A DNA stretch of 64,000 bases from a virus. Shown here piece by piece: positions 1-8,483 of this stretch (the stretch's first letter is position 1; every line of letters begins with the position of its first letter). The position numbers were made by a program, and so were the translations under genes. The stretch is taken from IMG/VR virus record IMGVR_UViG_3300005254_000135. One strand, written 5' to 3'. The notes under the pieces were generated by a model that saw only the letters and a program-made list of their open reading frames with translations, was not told the origin of the DNA and searched no databases.

Positions 1-1
1 C

Positions 2-1912
2 CTGGACGGCGATTTCACGGCCAAGGCCAGCCTGGCCCGGGAAGAGGCCAGCGTCTCCTATCACAGCCTGCAGCGATGGGTCCGCAAGGCCGACCAGGCC
101 CTGGCCGAGGCGACCAAGGCCGGCCGGGACACCCTGGAGGCCCAACTGACCGCCCTTGCCGACGGCTACGGCGGCCGAAGGGGCAAGCGGATCGCCTTCG
201 AGGAGGCGGCCGTGGAGTATGCCCTGGGCCTCTTCCTTAATCAATCCCACCTGAGCCTCACTGACGTTCACAAGGAGGTGCTGACCGAGGGCAGGCTCCA
301 GGATTGGCAGACCGGCTCCTGCGACTCGCTCCGGCGGATCATCCAGGAGCGTGTGCCGGAGGCGGCCCTGGTCTGCGCCCGGGAGGGCCGGCGGGCCTAC
401 GAGGCCCGCTGCGTGGCCAAGAAGCTCCGGGACTACCGCGGCTTGCCGCCAAATTACTGCTTGGTCGGCGACCACCACATCCTGGACGCCTTTGTCCACG
501 TGCCCGGCGACCGGCCCCGGCGGCCCTGGCTGACCGCCTGGATGGACTTGCGGACCCGGGCCTTTGTCGGCTGGACCTGGTCGTTCAGGCCCAACTCCAG
601 GACCATCGCCCTGGCCCTGCGCCACGCCATCCTGCCCAAGGACAACCCGGACCTGCCCATGCACGGCCTGCCCGTCTCGGTCTACGTGGACAACGGCAAG
701 GACTACCGGGCCTTGAGCCTGCGCGGCGAGGAGATCAGCCTGGGCGCGGTCGATTTCGGCGAGGAGGTCGAGCAGTTCCGGGCCTTGGGCATCGACCCCT
801 ACTACCTGGACATGCGTTACGACCCCCGCGACGGGGTCTGGAAGCTCAAGCGGGGCAACCGGGAGCTGGTGGTCAAGGGCGTCAGGATCGGAGGCGTCTT
901 TCAGCGGCTGGCCATCCGGGCCCGCTTCGCCACGGCCTACCATCCCTGGGCCAAACCGGTGGAGAGGGCCTTCGGCGAGGTGGTCAGATCATTCAGCCGC
1001 CGGCTGCCCGGCTGGTGCGGCTCCAATCCCGATCAGAAGCCCGAGAAGCTCGTTTTCGAGCTCAAGAACCCGGGAGCCCACCTGCTGACGATGGAGCGGC
1101 TCGAGGCCGAGTGGGAAAACTTTCTGGCCCACACCTATCACGAACAGCCCCATAGCGGGCACGGCATGGACGGTCTGAGTCCACGCCAGGTCTGGGACTC
1201 CCTGGCCCAACCGGAGAGCGTCGATCCGGCCGTGCTGGACTTCGCCCTCCTCGAGCACAGGCAGGTCAAGGTCAGGGCCTGGGGCTTCCGGCTGCCTCTC
1301 CTGGGCGAGTACGAGCTCTGGCACGAGGACCCGGCCGAGCTGGCCGCGCTCCTGAACGAGCTGGGCGGCCAGCGGGTCAGCGTGCTCTACGACCCGGGCC
1401 ATCCCGAGGCCTGCCGGGTGCTCCGCCAGGGCCGCTTCGCCTGTTGGGCCAGAACGCTGAGGCGCGGCTCTTGGATCAGCGAGGAAGGCATGGCCGAGCA
1501 CGCCCGGCTGCAGGCGGCCCAGCGCCGCCAGATGACCGAGAGCCTGGCCGCCCTGGGAGCCGAGCCGATGAAGGCCCTGCCCAGCCGGACCCGGGAGCGG
1601 CTGGCCTTGATCGAGGCGGCCGAGACAGAGGCGGAGCAGCCGGCCGTCGCGGTCGAGCCGGCCCCAGCCCTGCCCGAGGCGGAGATTCTCCCCGAAGACC
1701 AGGACAAGCGGCCGGCGCTTTTCCCGGACGCCCTGTCGCGGGTCAACTGGATCGCCCGGCAACTGGGCCTGGACAGGGAGGTGAGCCTGGCCGACCAGGA
1801 ATTTTACGACGGCTTCCGCGAGGCCAACCCGGCCCTGGCCGAGGCCCTGGACGACCGGGAGGACATGTTCATTCAAGAGAGGAAGGCCGATCAAAAAGGA
1901 GGCGGGAAGTGA
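2..1912 (+). CDS. Mu-type DDE transposase (5' partial; frame open from position 2)
   Basis: VGDHHILD...WMDLRTR...VYVDNGKDY...AKPVERAFG DDE motifs and Mu-transposase C-terminal region (YHEQPHSG); directly followed by an AAA ATPase. Confidence 0.92.
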   Translation: MDGDFTAKASLAREEASVSYHSLQRWVRKADQALAEATKAGRDTLEAQLTALADGYGGRRGKRIAFEEAAVEYALGLFLNQSHLSLTDVHKEVLTEGRLQDWQTGSCDSLRRIIQERVPEAALVCAREGRRAYEARCVAKKLRDYRGLPPNYCLVGDHHILDAFVHVPGDRPRRPWLTAWMDLRTRAFVGWTWSFRPNSRTIALALRHAILPKDNPDLPMHGLPVSVYVDNGKDYRALSLRGEEISLGAVDFGEEVEQFRALGIDPYYLDMRYDPRDGVWKLKRGNRELVVKGVRIGGVFQRLAIRARFATAYHPWAKPVERAFGEVVRSFSRRLPGWCGSNPDQKPEKLVFELKNPGAHLLTMERLEAEWENFLAHTYHEQPHSGHGMDGLSPRQVWDSLAQPESVDPAVLDFALLEHRQVKVRAWGFRLPLLGEYELWHEDPAELAALLNELGGQRVSVLYDPGHPEACRVLRQGRFACWARTLRRGSWISEEGMAEHARLQAAQRRQMTESLAALGAEPMKALPSRTRERLALIEAAETEAEQPAVAVEPAPALPEAEILPEDQDKRPALFPDALSRVNWIARQLGLDREVSLADQEFYDGFREANPALAEALDDREDMFIQERKADQKGGGK

Positions 1913-2643
1913 CGAAAAAGAGCAGCTCCTTGAAGCGGGTCTTCGTGACCACGGGCAACCCCCAGCGCCTGGCCCAGGCCCTGGGCGAGCTCGAGGCCGA
2001 CGCCGATTCCCTGGAGCGGATCGTGGTTGGCTTCGGACCGGCCGGACGGGGCAAGACCGCGGCCGGGATCTGGCTGGCCGGGGCGGACCCGGAGCGGCGG
2101 ATCTACGTCCGGGCCCTCCAGGTCTGGTCCACGATCAAGATGCTCCAGGACCTGGGCCGGGCCCTGGGCCGGTCGGACATGCCCTCCACTTCGGGCAAGG
2201 CCTACGACGCCCTGATCGAGCGGGTCGGGGACACGGCCAGGACCACCTTGATCATCGACGAGGCCAACTATCTCAAGCAGTACACCCTGAACGTGCTCCG
2301 GGATCTCCACGACGAGGCCGGACTGACCCTGGTCCTGCTGGGCGAGCAGAAGATCAAGGAGGAGCTGGAGAAGCACACCCGGCTGAGAAGCCGGGTGGTC
2401 CACTGGCAGACGTTCAGCGCCCTGGCCGAGGCCGAGGCGCACCTGATCGCCCAGAAGCTCCTGCCCGACGGGGTGACCATCGAGGCCGAGGCGGCCAAGA
2501 AGCTGTTGGCCCAAGCCTCGGGACTGTTCCGGGATTACGTGAACCTGCTCCGGGCCTCCCTGCGCCTGGCCCAGGCGAACGACCAGGACAAGATCACCAC
2601 CGAGACGGCCCTGACCCTGGGCCGGCGTTTGAGGGTGGCCTGA
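1909..2643 (+). CDS. MuB-like transposition AAA+ ATPase
   Basis: GTG start overlaps the transposase stop (GTGA). Walker A GPAGRGKT, Walker B LIIDEA. Confidence 0.9.
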   Translation: MTKKSSSLKRVFVTTGNPQRLAQALGELEADADSLERIVVGFGPAGRGKTAAGIWLAGADPERRIYVRALQVWSTIKMLQDLGRALGRSDMPSTSGKAYDALIERVGDTARTTLIIDEANYLKQYTLNVLRDLHDEAGLTLVLLGEQKIKEELEKHTRLRSRVVHWQTFSALAEAEAHLIAQKLLPDGVTIEAEAAKKLLAQASGLFRDYVNLLRASLRLAQANDQDKITTETALTLGRRLRVA

Positions 2644-3089
2644 TGCCCACCCCCCATTCGATCAAGGCCTTGCGGCCCTGGCTGGCAAAACACCCCCGGG
2701 GCCGGCTGCGCGACCTCTACCGGGCCTTCGAGAGCCGCTTCAGGGTCCGCGAGATCAACCGGACCCTGGATTACCTGATCCGGCGCAGGGAGTTGATGGA
2801 GAGCGGCGACTACACCTACCTGTACCAGCCCGAGCGGGCCGGCCGGGCCGCTCTCCAGGGCCGGATCTGGGCCGTGGTCAGGGGGCTCGGCCAGGCCCGG
2901 CCGGCGATCAGAGCGGCCGAGACGGCCCGCTTGGCCGAGGCCTCGCCCGATTACACCGGACGCTACCTGGCCTGGCTGGCCGGCCAGGGGCACCTGGTCG
3001 CCCGCCGGGGCGGCTACGGACTGGCCCCGGGCGCGCCCCTGGAGGCGCCGCGCTGGAACCGGCGGGCCGAGGAGAGGAAGCAGCGATGA
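2643..3089 (+). CDS. Phage early hypothetical protein (winged-helix-like)
   Basis: Start overlaps the upstream stop; position in early operon. Confidence 0.6.
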   Translation: MPTPHSIKALRPWLAKHPRGRLRDLYRAFESRFRVREINRTLDYLIRRRELMESGDYTYLYQPERAGRAALQGRIWAVVRGLGQARPAIRAAETARLAEASPDYTGRYLAWLAGQGHLVARRGGYGLAPGAPLEAPRWNRRAEERKQR

Positions 3090-3190
3090 AGGCCCACCTG
3101 GTCAACCTGGTCTCGGGCCTGGCCTGCCTGGCCGTCATGGGCGGCCTGATCTGGCAGGTCCTGGCGGCCCTGGCCGAGGGGGCGAGATGA
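3086..3190 (+). CDS. 34-aa membrane peptide (MKAHLVNLVSGLACLAVMGGLIWQVLAALAEGAR)
   Basis: ATGA overlaps at both ends; single hydrophobic segment; below the ORF-track cutoff. Confidence 0.5.
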   Translation: MKAHLVNLVSGLACLAVMGGLIWQVLAALAEGAR

Positions 3191-3280
3191 ATCTCTCAGG
3201 CGTCCAGCCGATCTGCGTCCGGGACCTGGGCCTGGACTGCCTCTGCCCGAGGTGCCGGGCAGCGGCGGAAGGAGGCGGCC

Positions 3281-3451
3281 ATGACGGGACAAGCGGGAAC
3301 GATGGGCCTGGAGGCGCTGTTCACCCTGAAGGGCCTGACGGCCAGGGTGGTCTTCCCGGACTCGATGAAGCGGGCCGACAGGCGGCGGGTCATCCGGCTG
3401 GCCAGACGGCGGACCAGGGAGAACTTGCGCCTGATCGCTAGGGCGGCCTGA
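3281..3451 (+). CDS. 56-aa basic early protein
   Basis: GGAGG SD upstream of ATG 3281. Overlaps an alternative ORF 3187-3441 with a CxxxxxxxCxCxxC N-terminus, so which is real is uncertain. Confidence 0.4.
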   Translation: MTGQAGTMGLEALFTLKGLTARVVFPDSMKRADRRRVIRLARRRTRENLRLIARAA

Positions 3452-3507
3452 GGGCCGCCCCCTGCCCTGAGGGCCCGGACAAGGGCCGGGCCCCTGGGGG
3501 AGGGAAG

Positions 3508-4053
3508 ATGGATCATAAGCAGTTTCAAACGCTCGTGGCCGTGGCCGAGGGCATCGCCGACGAGCTCAACCGGGTCGGGGATCTGCTGGAGAAGCGGCTG
3601 AACATGGACACGTTGAGGTTGAGTCTCGATCTGCCCCTGGCGATCAAGGCGGCGCGGCTGGAGGTCGGCCTGACCCAGGCCCAGGCGGCCGAGCGCATGG
3701 GGATCGCCAAACAATACTGGTGCCAGATGGAAAACGGGAAAAAACGGCCGGGGCCGGGAACGCTCCAACGGGTGGCCCAGGCTCTGGGCAAACAACCCTG
3801 GGAACTGGCTGAGGGGCTGAGCTCGCAAGAAAAATCGAAGGCGCAGGAGACGGAAGCGGAGACGAAGATGGCCGCGACGATCCGAGAGCTGGTCCGCCTG
3901 GGGCAAAGCATCGAAACCGTCAGGGCCGGGATGCTCGATGCAGCCCTGATCGAGTGCCGGGGGAACAAGGCCCGGGTGGCCCAAATGCTGGGCGTGAGCC
4001 GGCGGACGGTGCGCAACTGGACCAACGGCGGGAACGGCCGCGCCACCGCCTGA
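3508..4053 (+). CDS. XRE-family HTH regulator with C-terminal Fis-type HTH
   Basis: IKAARLEVGLTQAQAAERMGIAKQYWCQMENG (XRE) plus LIECRGNKARVAQMLGVSRRTVRNW (Fis/HTH_8-like). Confidence 0.8.
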   Translation: MDHKQFQTLVAVAEGIADELNRVGDLLEKRLNMDTLRLSLDLPLAIKAARLEVGLTQAQAAERMGIAKQYWCQMENGKKRPGPGTLQRVAQALGKQPWELAEGLSSQEKSKAQETEAETKMAATIRELVRLGQSIETVRAGMLDAALIECRGNKARVAQMLGVSRRTVRNWTNGGNGRATA

Positions 4054-4065
4054 AGGAGGCTGCTG

Positions 4066-4458
4066 ATGGCCAAGACCAACCTTGACCCGGTGATCAAGGC
4101 CCGGCTCCTGACCGAGCTGGCCCGCCACGTCGGCCCAAGCCGGGTCGTGGGCATGGGCGAGCTCTACGAGGCCACGTACCTGAAGCGCTGGGAGCACCGG
4201 ATCAACTCCACCCGGCAGTTGCGCCGGGCCATCACGGCCCTGCGCCAGGAGGGGCTGCCCATCTGCTCGGTCTCCACCCCGGACGGCGGCGGCTACTACC
4301 TGGCCGCGGCCACGAGCGACCTGGACGACTACTGCCGGCGGCTGCGCCACCAGGCGCTCAAAAAGCTGGCCCAGGAGGCCAGACTGCGCCGGGTCAGCCT
4401 GCCGTCCCTGCTGGGCCAGATCCAGCTCAACCTCCGCCCCCAGGGGGAGATGTCATGA
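4066..4458 (+). CDS. Mu-like prophage early hypothetical protein (winged-helix-like)
   Basis: SD GGAGG; RQLRRAITALRQEGLPICS...GGGYYLA motif typical of phage wHTH proteins. Confidence 0.65.
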   Translation: MAKTNLDPVIKARLLTELARHVGPSRVVGMGELYEATYLKRWEHRINSTRQLRRAITALRQEGLPICSVSTPDGGGYYLAAATSDLDDYCRRLRHQALKKLAQEARLRRVSLPSLLGQIQLNLRPQGEMS

Positions 4459-4916
4459 GCGAGGCGCGGGCAAGGGCCGACGCGTTGCTGGCCCGGATCG
4501 CCGAGGCGAAGGGCGAGCTCGGGGTTCTGGAGGCCTCGGCCGAGGAAGAGCTGAACGGGGTCCGGGGGCGGTGGCGGCCTTCAATCGAGTCCGCCAGGGC
4601 CGATCTGGATTACCTGGAAAAAGAGCTCAAGACCCTGGCCAAGAAGAAGCGGAACGAGCTATTCGGCGGCCGGGACCGGGCCAACCTGGAGCACGGCTCC
4701 CTGATCTGGGGCGTGAGCCGCCGGGTCAAGAGGGCCAGGGCCGTGACCGTGGAGGCCCTCAAGGCCCTGGGCCGGATCGGGCTCAGCGCTGTCCGGGTGA
4801 CCGAGGCGGTGGACTGGGACGTGATCGAGGGCTGGCCGGAAGAGCGGCTGATCGAGATCGGGACTGAGCGGAAGAGGACCGAGACCTTCAGCTACGAGCT
4901 CAAGGAGGCCGAGTGA
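4455..4916 (+). CDS. gam: Mu Gam-like host-nuclease inhibitor
   Basis: Coiled-coil N-terminus and ANLEHGSLIWGVSRRVKR...ETFSYEL; early-operon position. Confidence 0.7.
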   Translation: MSEARARADALLARIAEAKGELGVLEASAEEELNGVRGRWRPSIESARADLDYLEKELKTLAKKKRNELFGGRDRANLEHGSLIWGVSRRVKRARAVTVEALKALGRIGLSAVRVTEAVDWDVIEGWPEERLIEIGTERKRTETFSYELKEAE

Positions 4917-5368
4917 AGGCCACGGCCGGCCAGATCAAGCGACTTCACTGGGGGGCCGGGCTGCTCAAGCTCGATCGGGTCTCCTACGAGGCCCTGATCG
5001 AGGGCGTGAGCGGCCGGCCTTCGAGCAAGCAGCTCAGCCAGGCTCAGGCCGAGGCGGCCCTGGAGCGGATGGAAGACCGGATGCGGGCCGTGGGCATAAC
5101 CCCGCCCTGGCGGGTCGAGTATCCGGAAGAGCTGAAGGCGCTGGGCGAGAGAAGGGGCATGGCCAGCCAGGGGCAGCTCCGCTACCTCTGGAGCCTCTGG
5201 CGGAAGTACCGCAGCCAGCCCGGCCGGCGGGCCAGGGAGCCGAGGGATCTGCAGGCCCTGGGCGGCTTCCTGCGGGCCAGGTTCGACGTTTCCCAGGTCG
5301 CCTGGCTGGACAGCCAGACGGCCGGGCGGGTGATTGAGGGGCTCAAGGAGATGGTGGAGAGGGGATGA
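4913..5368 (+). CDS. GemA/gp16-family (DUF1018-like) protein
   Basis: QIKRLH...LKLDRVSYEALI...SSKQLS...QLRYLWSLW...VIEGLKEM pattern; Mu synteny. Confidence 0.75.
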   Translation: MKATAGQIKRLHWGAGLLKLDRVSYEALIEGVSGRPSSKQLSQAQAEAALERMEDRMRAVGITPPWRVEYPEELKALGERRGMASQGQLRYLWSLWRKYRSQPGRRAREPRDLQALGGFLRARFDVSQVAWLDSQTAGRVIEGLKEMVERG

Positions 5369-5541
5369 GGACGTGCGACGAGATCCCGGTGGTTGCCGCG
5401 GCCAGGAGGCTCCGGCTCTCGGAGAGGCAGGTCTACCGGCTGATCGAGGCGGGCAAGCTGCGGGTCAGGCGCTACTCAGCCCGGAAGACCTTTGTCCTTG
5501 TGGAGTCGATCAGGCAATACCTTGAAGCCCACCTCGCTTGA
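5365..5541 (+). CDS. 58-aa excisionase/MerR-like HTH protein (possible late activator)
   Basis: ATGA overlap with gemA; AARRLRLSERQVYRLIEAGKL HTH; not in the ORF track because it is under 60 aa. Confidence 0.8.
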   Translation: MRTCDEIPVVAAARRLRLSERQVYRLIEAGKLRVRRYSARKTFVLVESIRQYLEAHLA

Positions 5542-5545
5542 GCAT
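5398..5545 (+). repeat. Direct repeat copy 1 (148 bp; copy 2 at 6289-6436)
   Basis: By-eye alignment shows 8 mismatches, all at synonymous third codon positions. Confidence 0.95.
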
Positions 5546-5667
5546 CTTCAGATTCGGTGACATCAATAATCTTGTGGCGACATAGGCTCCATACAGCATC
5601 AAAGTTACATGATTTATTATACCTTCTTGAGTCATTAATATAAATATCAGCTAACCACTACTTTTTA

Positions 5668-5697
5668 TTGACATTTGAACAATTGCCGTAATATACA
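5668..5697 (+). promoter_or_regulatory. Sigma70-like promoter for the lipoprotein cassette
   Basis: TTGACA at 5668-5673 with TAATAT/TATACA 15-18 nt downstream in AT-rich DNA. Confidence 0.6.
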
Positions 5698-5908
5698 GAA
5701 ACCTAAGGGAGTTGCTTAGGTTTAGGTGTTTCACGCGGAGTTACAATCTTATTGAATATCGTTCGAACTAGAACCTCTGCTCTAGCTGACTCTCCGCGGG
5801 CAAGCCTCAATGACAGGGATTCGATTGAGATAGGTTTTCAGCCTTCAAGTTTGGATGGAGCCAGGGCGGGTCTGTAGCGGACAAAACCAGAGAGTCGGGG
5901 AGGTCGGG

Positions 5909-6238
5909 ATGATCGCGCGTAGAGTGCTGATAGCGGCGATAGTGTGCAGCCTGATCCTGTTGAGTGGATGCATAACTTTCCGGGAAAGATACGTGAACTC
6001 CCATCCGGGTCTCGATGACAAGACACGGGAGGCGATTCTTAAAGGCCAAATATTCATAGGCATGACTGCAGAGCAGGTTGAGGCTAGTTGGGGCTCGCCT
6101 GACAAAATCCATAAAAGTGTCGGCGCGACCTGGTCTCGAGAACAGTGGGTTTATGGAGGATTGAAGCCGGCGGGCAACTACGTAAGGCCAACGTACGTTT
6201 ACTTTGAGAAAGACCGCGTGACTGGGTGGCAGAAATAG
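5909..6238 (+). CDS. Lipoprotein with SmpA/OmlA (BamE)-like domain; candidate superinfection exclusion factor
   Basis: SD GGAGGT; lipobox LSG-C; IFIGMTAEQVEASWGSPD...EQWVY...YVYFEKDRV. Confidence 0.75.
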   Translation: MIARRVLIAAIVCSLILLSGCITFRERYVNSHPGLDDKTREAILKGQIFIGMTAEQVEASWGSPDKIHKSVGATWSREQWVYGGLKPAGNYVRPTYVYFEKDRVTGWQK

Positions 6239-6288
6239 CGTTACGATGGATATTGCCTACAAAACGACAGACCGCTGGTAATAAAGCG

Positions 6289-6436
6289 GCGGCCAGGAGG
6301 CTCCGCCTCTCGGAGAGACAGGTCTACCGGCTGATCGAGGCAGGCAAGCTGCGGGTCAGGCGATACTCGGCCCGGAAGACCTTTGTCCTTGTGGAGTCGA
6401 TCAGACAGTACCTTGAAGCCCACCTTGCTTGAGCAT
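6289..6436 (+). pseudogene. Second, 5'-truncated copy of the Xis-like HTH gene (repeat copy 2)
   Basis: Identical protein over the shared region but the original start is missing; lies in ORF 6226-6432 with an unrelated N-terminus. Confidence 0.7.
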
Positions 6437-6537
6437 TAGCGCTATTTCACCAGCTTACATACAGAGCAAAGATCAACCGGAACCTCCGGCCGATAAGGCA
6501 GAGTAAAATCTATCGAAGCTTGGCGCTGTCCTTTTTC

Positions 6538-6566
6538 TTGACATCCAAAGGACCATATCATAAAAA
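6538..6566 (+). promoter_or_regulatory. Sigma70-like promoter for the HEPN gene
   Basis: TTGACA-N17-TAAAAA, 22 nt upstream of ATG 6588. Confidence 0.65.
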
Positions 6567-6587
6567 TTTTAATAGAGGACTTTCCTG

Positions 6588-7769
6588 ATGACTTCACCTA
6601 AGAAACTATATAAGTTAGAGTTTCTGTTAGATGCGGGCAAGCATAACACCGCGAGTATGTTGAAGAAAGTCAATGTTGCCCTTGGGGCCCTAAAAAAAGG
6701 CCTCGATATACAAGTTGAGCCAGAAACTGGCAAACGGCTACGGTTGTGCATCGAAGGATCCTTGTCGGCTGTTGATAGGGCCCATGGGAGATTGAATAAA
6801 AAGTTCATCAAGTCTGGTTTTGCAGTTCGAACTATTGACGAGGCAGGGACAGAACTGCGAGATAACGCCTTCCGGGTAGTTGCCGAAATCGAGCAAGCAC
6901 TTCGCGCATTTATTCATAGGGTCACGACTGAGACGGTCGGCTTTGGATGGTGGGAGAAATGGAGCTCCCCAACCGCACGGAACAGGGCGGTAACCGTGCT
7001 GGAAAGGGCGCGGGACACAGGTGGCTTTCAGCATCCGATTGAGCTGATAGATTTCGATCATCTCATCGATCTAATCACTATTAATATCCGAGAACTGAGC
7101 GGTGAGCAGGCTTTCACGATTTCAGGCTTTTTGGAAATACTTAATGAATGTAATACATTTGAAGAGTTAAAGAATTTACTAGCTGAAAGAACAACCCCTC
7201 GTTCGGCATGGGATAACATATATGCCCTATACTTTGCCGATAAGGATTCCTGGAGCCAAATGAGCATAGAATTAAAAGAACATGTTATCCCAGCCAGAAA
7301 TAAGATCATGCACCATAGGCCATTTCACCAGTGGGAGCTCGATAAAATAACCGAAGTGCGGAATCGATTGTTGGCTATACTGAACACAGCAGAGAGACCG
7401 CCAAAACCAGAACAAGAAAAGATAAAAGTAGTAAGCGCGGAATTGTCAAGAGTTGCCAAACCCTGGATGGGCATGGTTATGGTACAGACAGCCGAGCCGG
7501 CCCAAAGGGCAGCCGAAGCACTAAAGCCAATCGGGAGGCTGATCGACCAATGGAATGAGCCGGCCCTAAGGATGGCTGAAGTGATGGAGCCATTTAGGAG
7601 GCTGATCGATCAAGTGAGTGAGCCGGCCCGGATGGCGGCTGAAGCGATGGAGCCATTTAGGAGGCTGATCGATCAAGTGAATGAGCCGGCCCGAAGAGTG
7701 GCTGAAGCGATGGAGCCATTCAGGAGGCTGATCGATCAAGTGAATGAGCCGGTCCTAAAGGGTGGCTGA
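6588..7769 (+). CDS. Swt1-like HEPN-domain RNase (candidate defence effector) with C-terminal 21-aa repeats; frameshifted near the 3' end
   Basis: EIEQALRAFI and RNKIMH (RxxxxH) HEPN motifs; AT-rich; ORF stops inside repeat 5 because of one extra base. Confidence 0.72.
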   Translation: MTSPKKLYKLEFLLDAGKHNTASMLKKVNVALGALKKGLDIQVEPETGKRLRLCIEGSLSAVDRAHGRLNKKFIKSGFAVRTIDEAGTELRDNAFRVVAEIEQALRAFIHRVTTETVGFGWWEKWSSPTARNRAVTVLERARDTGGFQHPIELIDFDHLIDLITINIRELSGEQAFTISGFLEILNECNTFEELKNLLAERTTPRSAWDNIYALYFADKDSWSQMSIELKEHVIPARNKIMHHRPFHQWELDKITEVRNRLLAILNTAERPPKPEQEKIKVVSAELSRVAKPWMGMVMVQTAEPAQRAAEALKPIGRLIDQWNEPALRMAEVMEPFRRLIDQVSEPARMAAEAMEPFRRLIDQVNEPARRVAEAMEPFRRLIDQVNEPVLKGG

Positions 7770-7809
7770 AGCGATGGGGCCAATCAGGAGGCTGATCGAA
7801 CGGGAGAAA
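7494..7809 (+). repeat. Five tandem in-frame 63-bp repeats (EPARxAAEAMEPFRRLIDQVN)
   Basis: GAGCCGG starts at 7494, 7557, 7620, 7683 and 7746; unit 5 has a 1-nt insertion. Confidence 0.95.
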
Positions 7810-8007
7810 GAGCTGGCGCAAAGGTTGGCTGAACAGATGGCCGGCCCGTCCCTGGAGGCGAGCCCGCAGCCTCAGCGAGCCCTTCCAAGGCCACGTCAGT
7901 CCCAAAAGAAGCCTAAAGCGGATAAAGACCATGCGGACGGAAAGAAGAAGGTGAGGAGCAAGCGGGCATCAACAGATAAGAACAGTACAACCGAGAATGA
8001 GGAGTAA
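7762..8007 (+). CDS. Out-of-frame continuation of the HEPN protein (rest of repeat 5 plus Lys-rich tail)
   Basis: VAEAMGPIRRLIE continues the repeat register after the extra A in CTAAAGGG (~7755-7762). Confidence 0.6.
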   Translation: MAEAMGPIRRLIEREKELAQRLAEQMAGPSLEASPQPQRALPRPRQSQKKPKADKDHADGKKKVRSKRASTDKNSTTENEE

Positions 8008-8088
8008 GGTCGAGCGGTGCAAGAGGAGAGTAGAGAGTCACTTCTGAAATATAATGTACTACATTTGGAAGTGAAGGAGGGCCGAGAA

Positions 8089-8478
8089 ATGGCAAAAACA
8101 AGAGTATTCATGAGTTTCGACTATGATAATGACAAGGATCTTCGAACCCTCTTGGCTGGACAAGCCAAGAACACCGACTCACCTTTCGAGCTGGCCGACT
8201 GGTCAGTCAAGGAGGCAATGACTGGAGACTGGAAGAAGAAAGTAAGGGAGAGAATAAAACGAGTGGATCAGATGATAGTGATCTGTGGCATGAAGACTGA
8301 CACTGCAACTGGTGTATCAGCCGAACTTATCATTGCCCAAGAGGAAAAGAAGCCGTATTTCCTTTTGCGAGGCTATAAAGACGAAATCTGCAAGAAGCCC
8401 AAGTCAGCCAAGGATTCTGATAAGGTATACAATTGGACTTGGGATAATCTTAAAAAACTTATTGGCGGAGCGCGGTAG
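8089..8478 (+). CDS. TIR-domain protein, Thoeris ThsB-like (MTH538/DUF1863 type)
   Basis: RVFMSFDYDND...DWSVKE...KVRERIK...IVICG...GVSAEL (catalytic Glu)...KPYF; SD GAAGGAGG; TATAAT at 8050. Confidence 0.85.
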   Translation: MAKTRVFMSFDYDNDKDLRTLLAGQAKNTDSPFELADWSVKEAMTGDWKKKVRERIKRVDQMIVICGMKTDTATGVSAELIIAQEEKKPYFLLRGYKDEICKKPKSAKDSDKVYNWTWDNLKKLIGGAR

Positions 8479-8483
8479 CGGTT

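Noticed and set aside
7494-7809. 63-bp tandem repeats as a CRISPR array
   Set aside because: No unique spacers, length is a multiple of 3, translates in frame within a CDS, and no cas genes are present.
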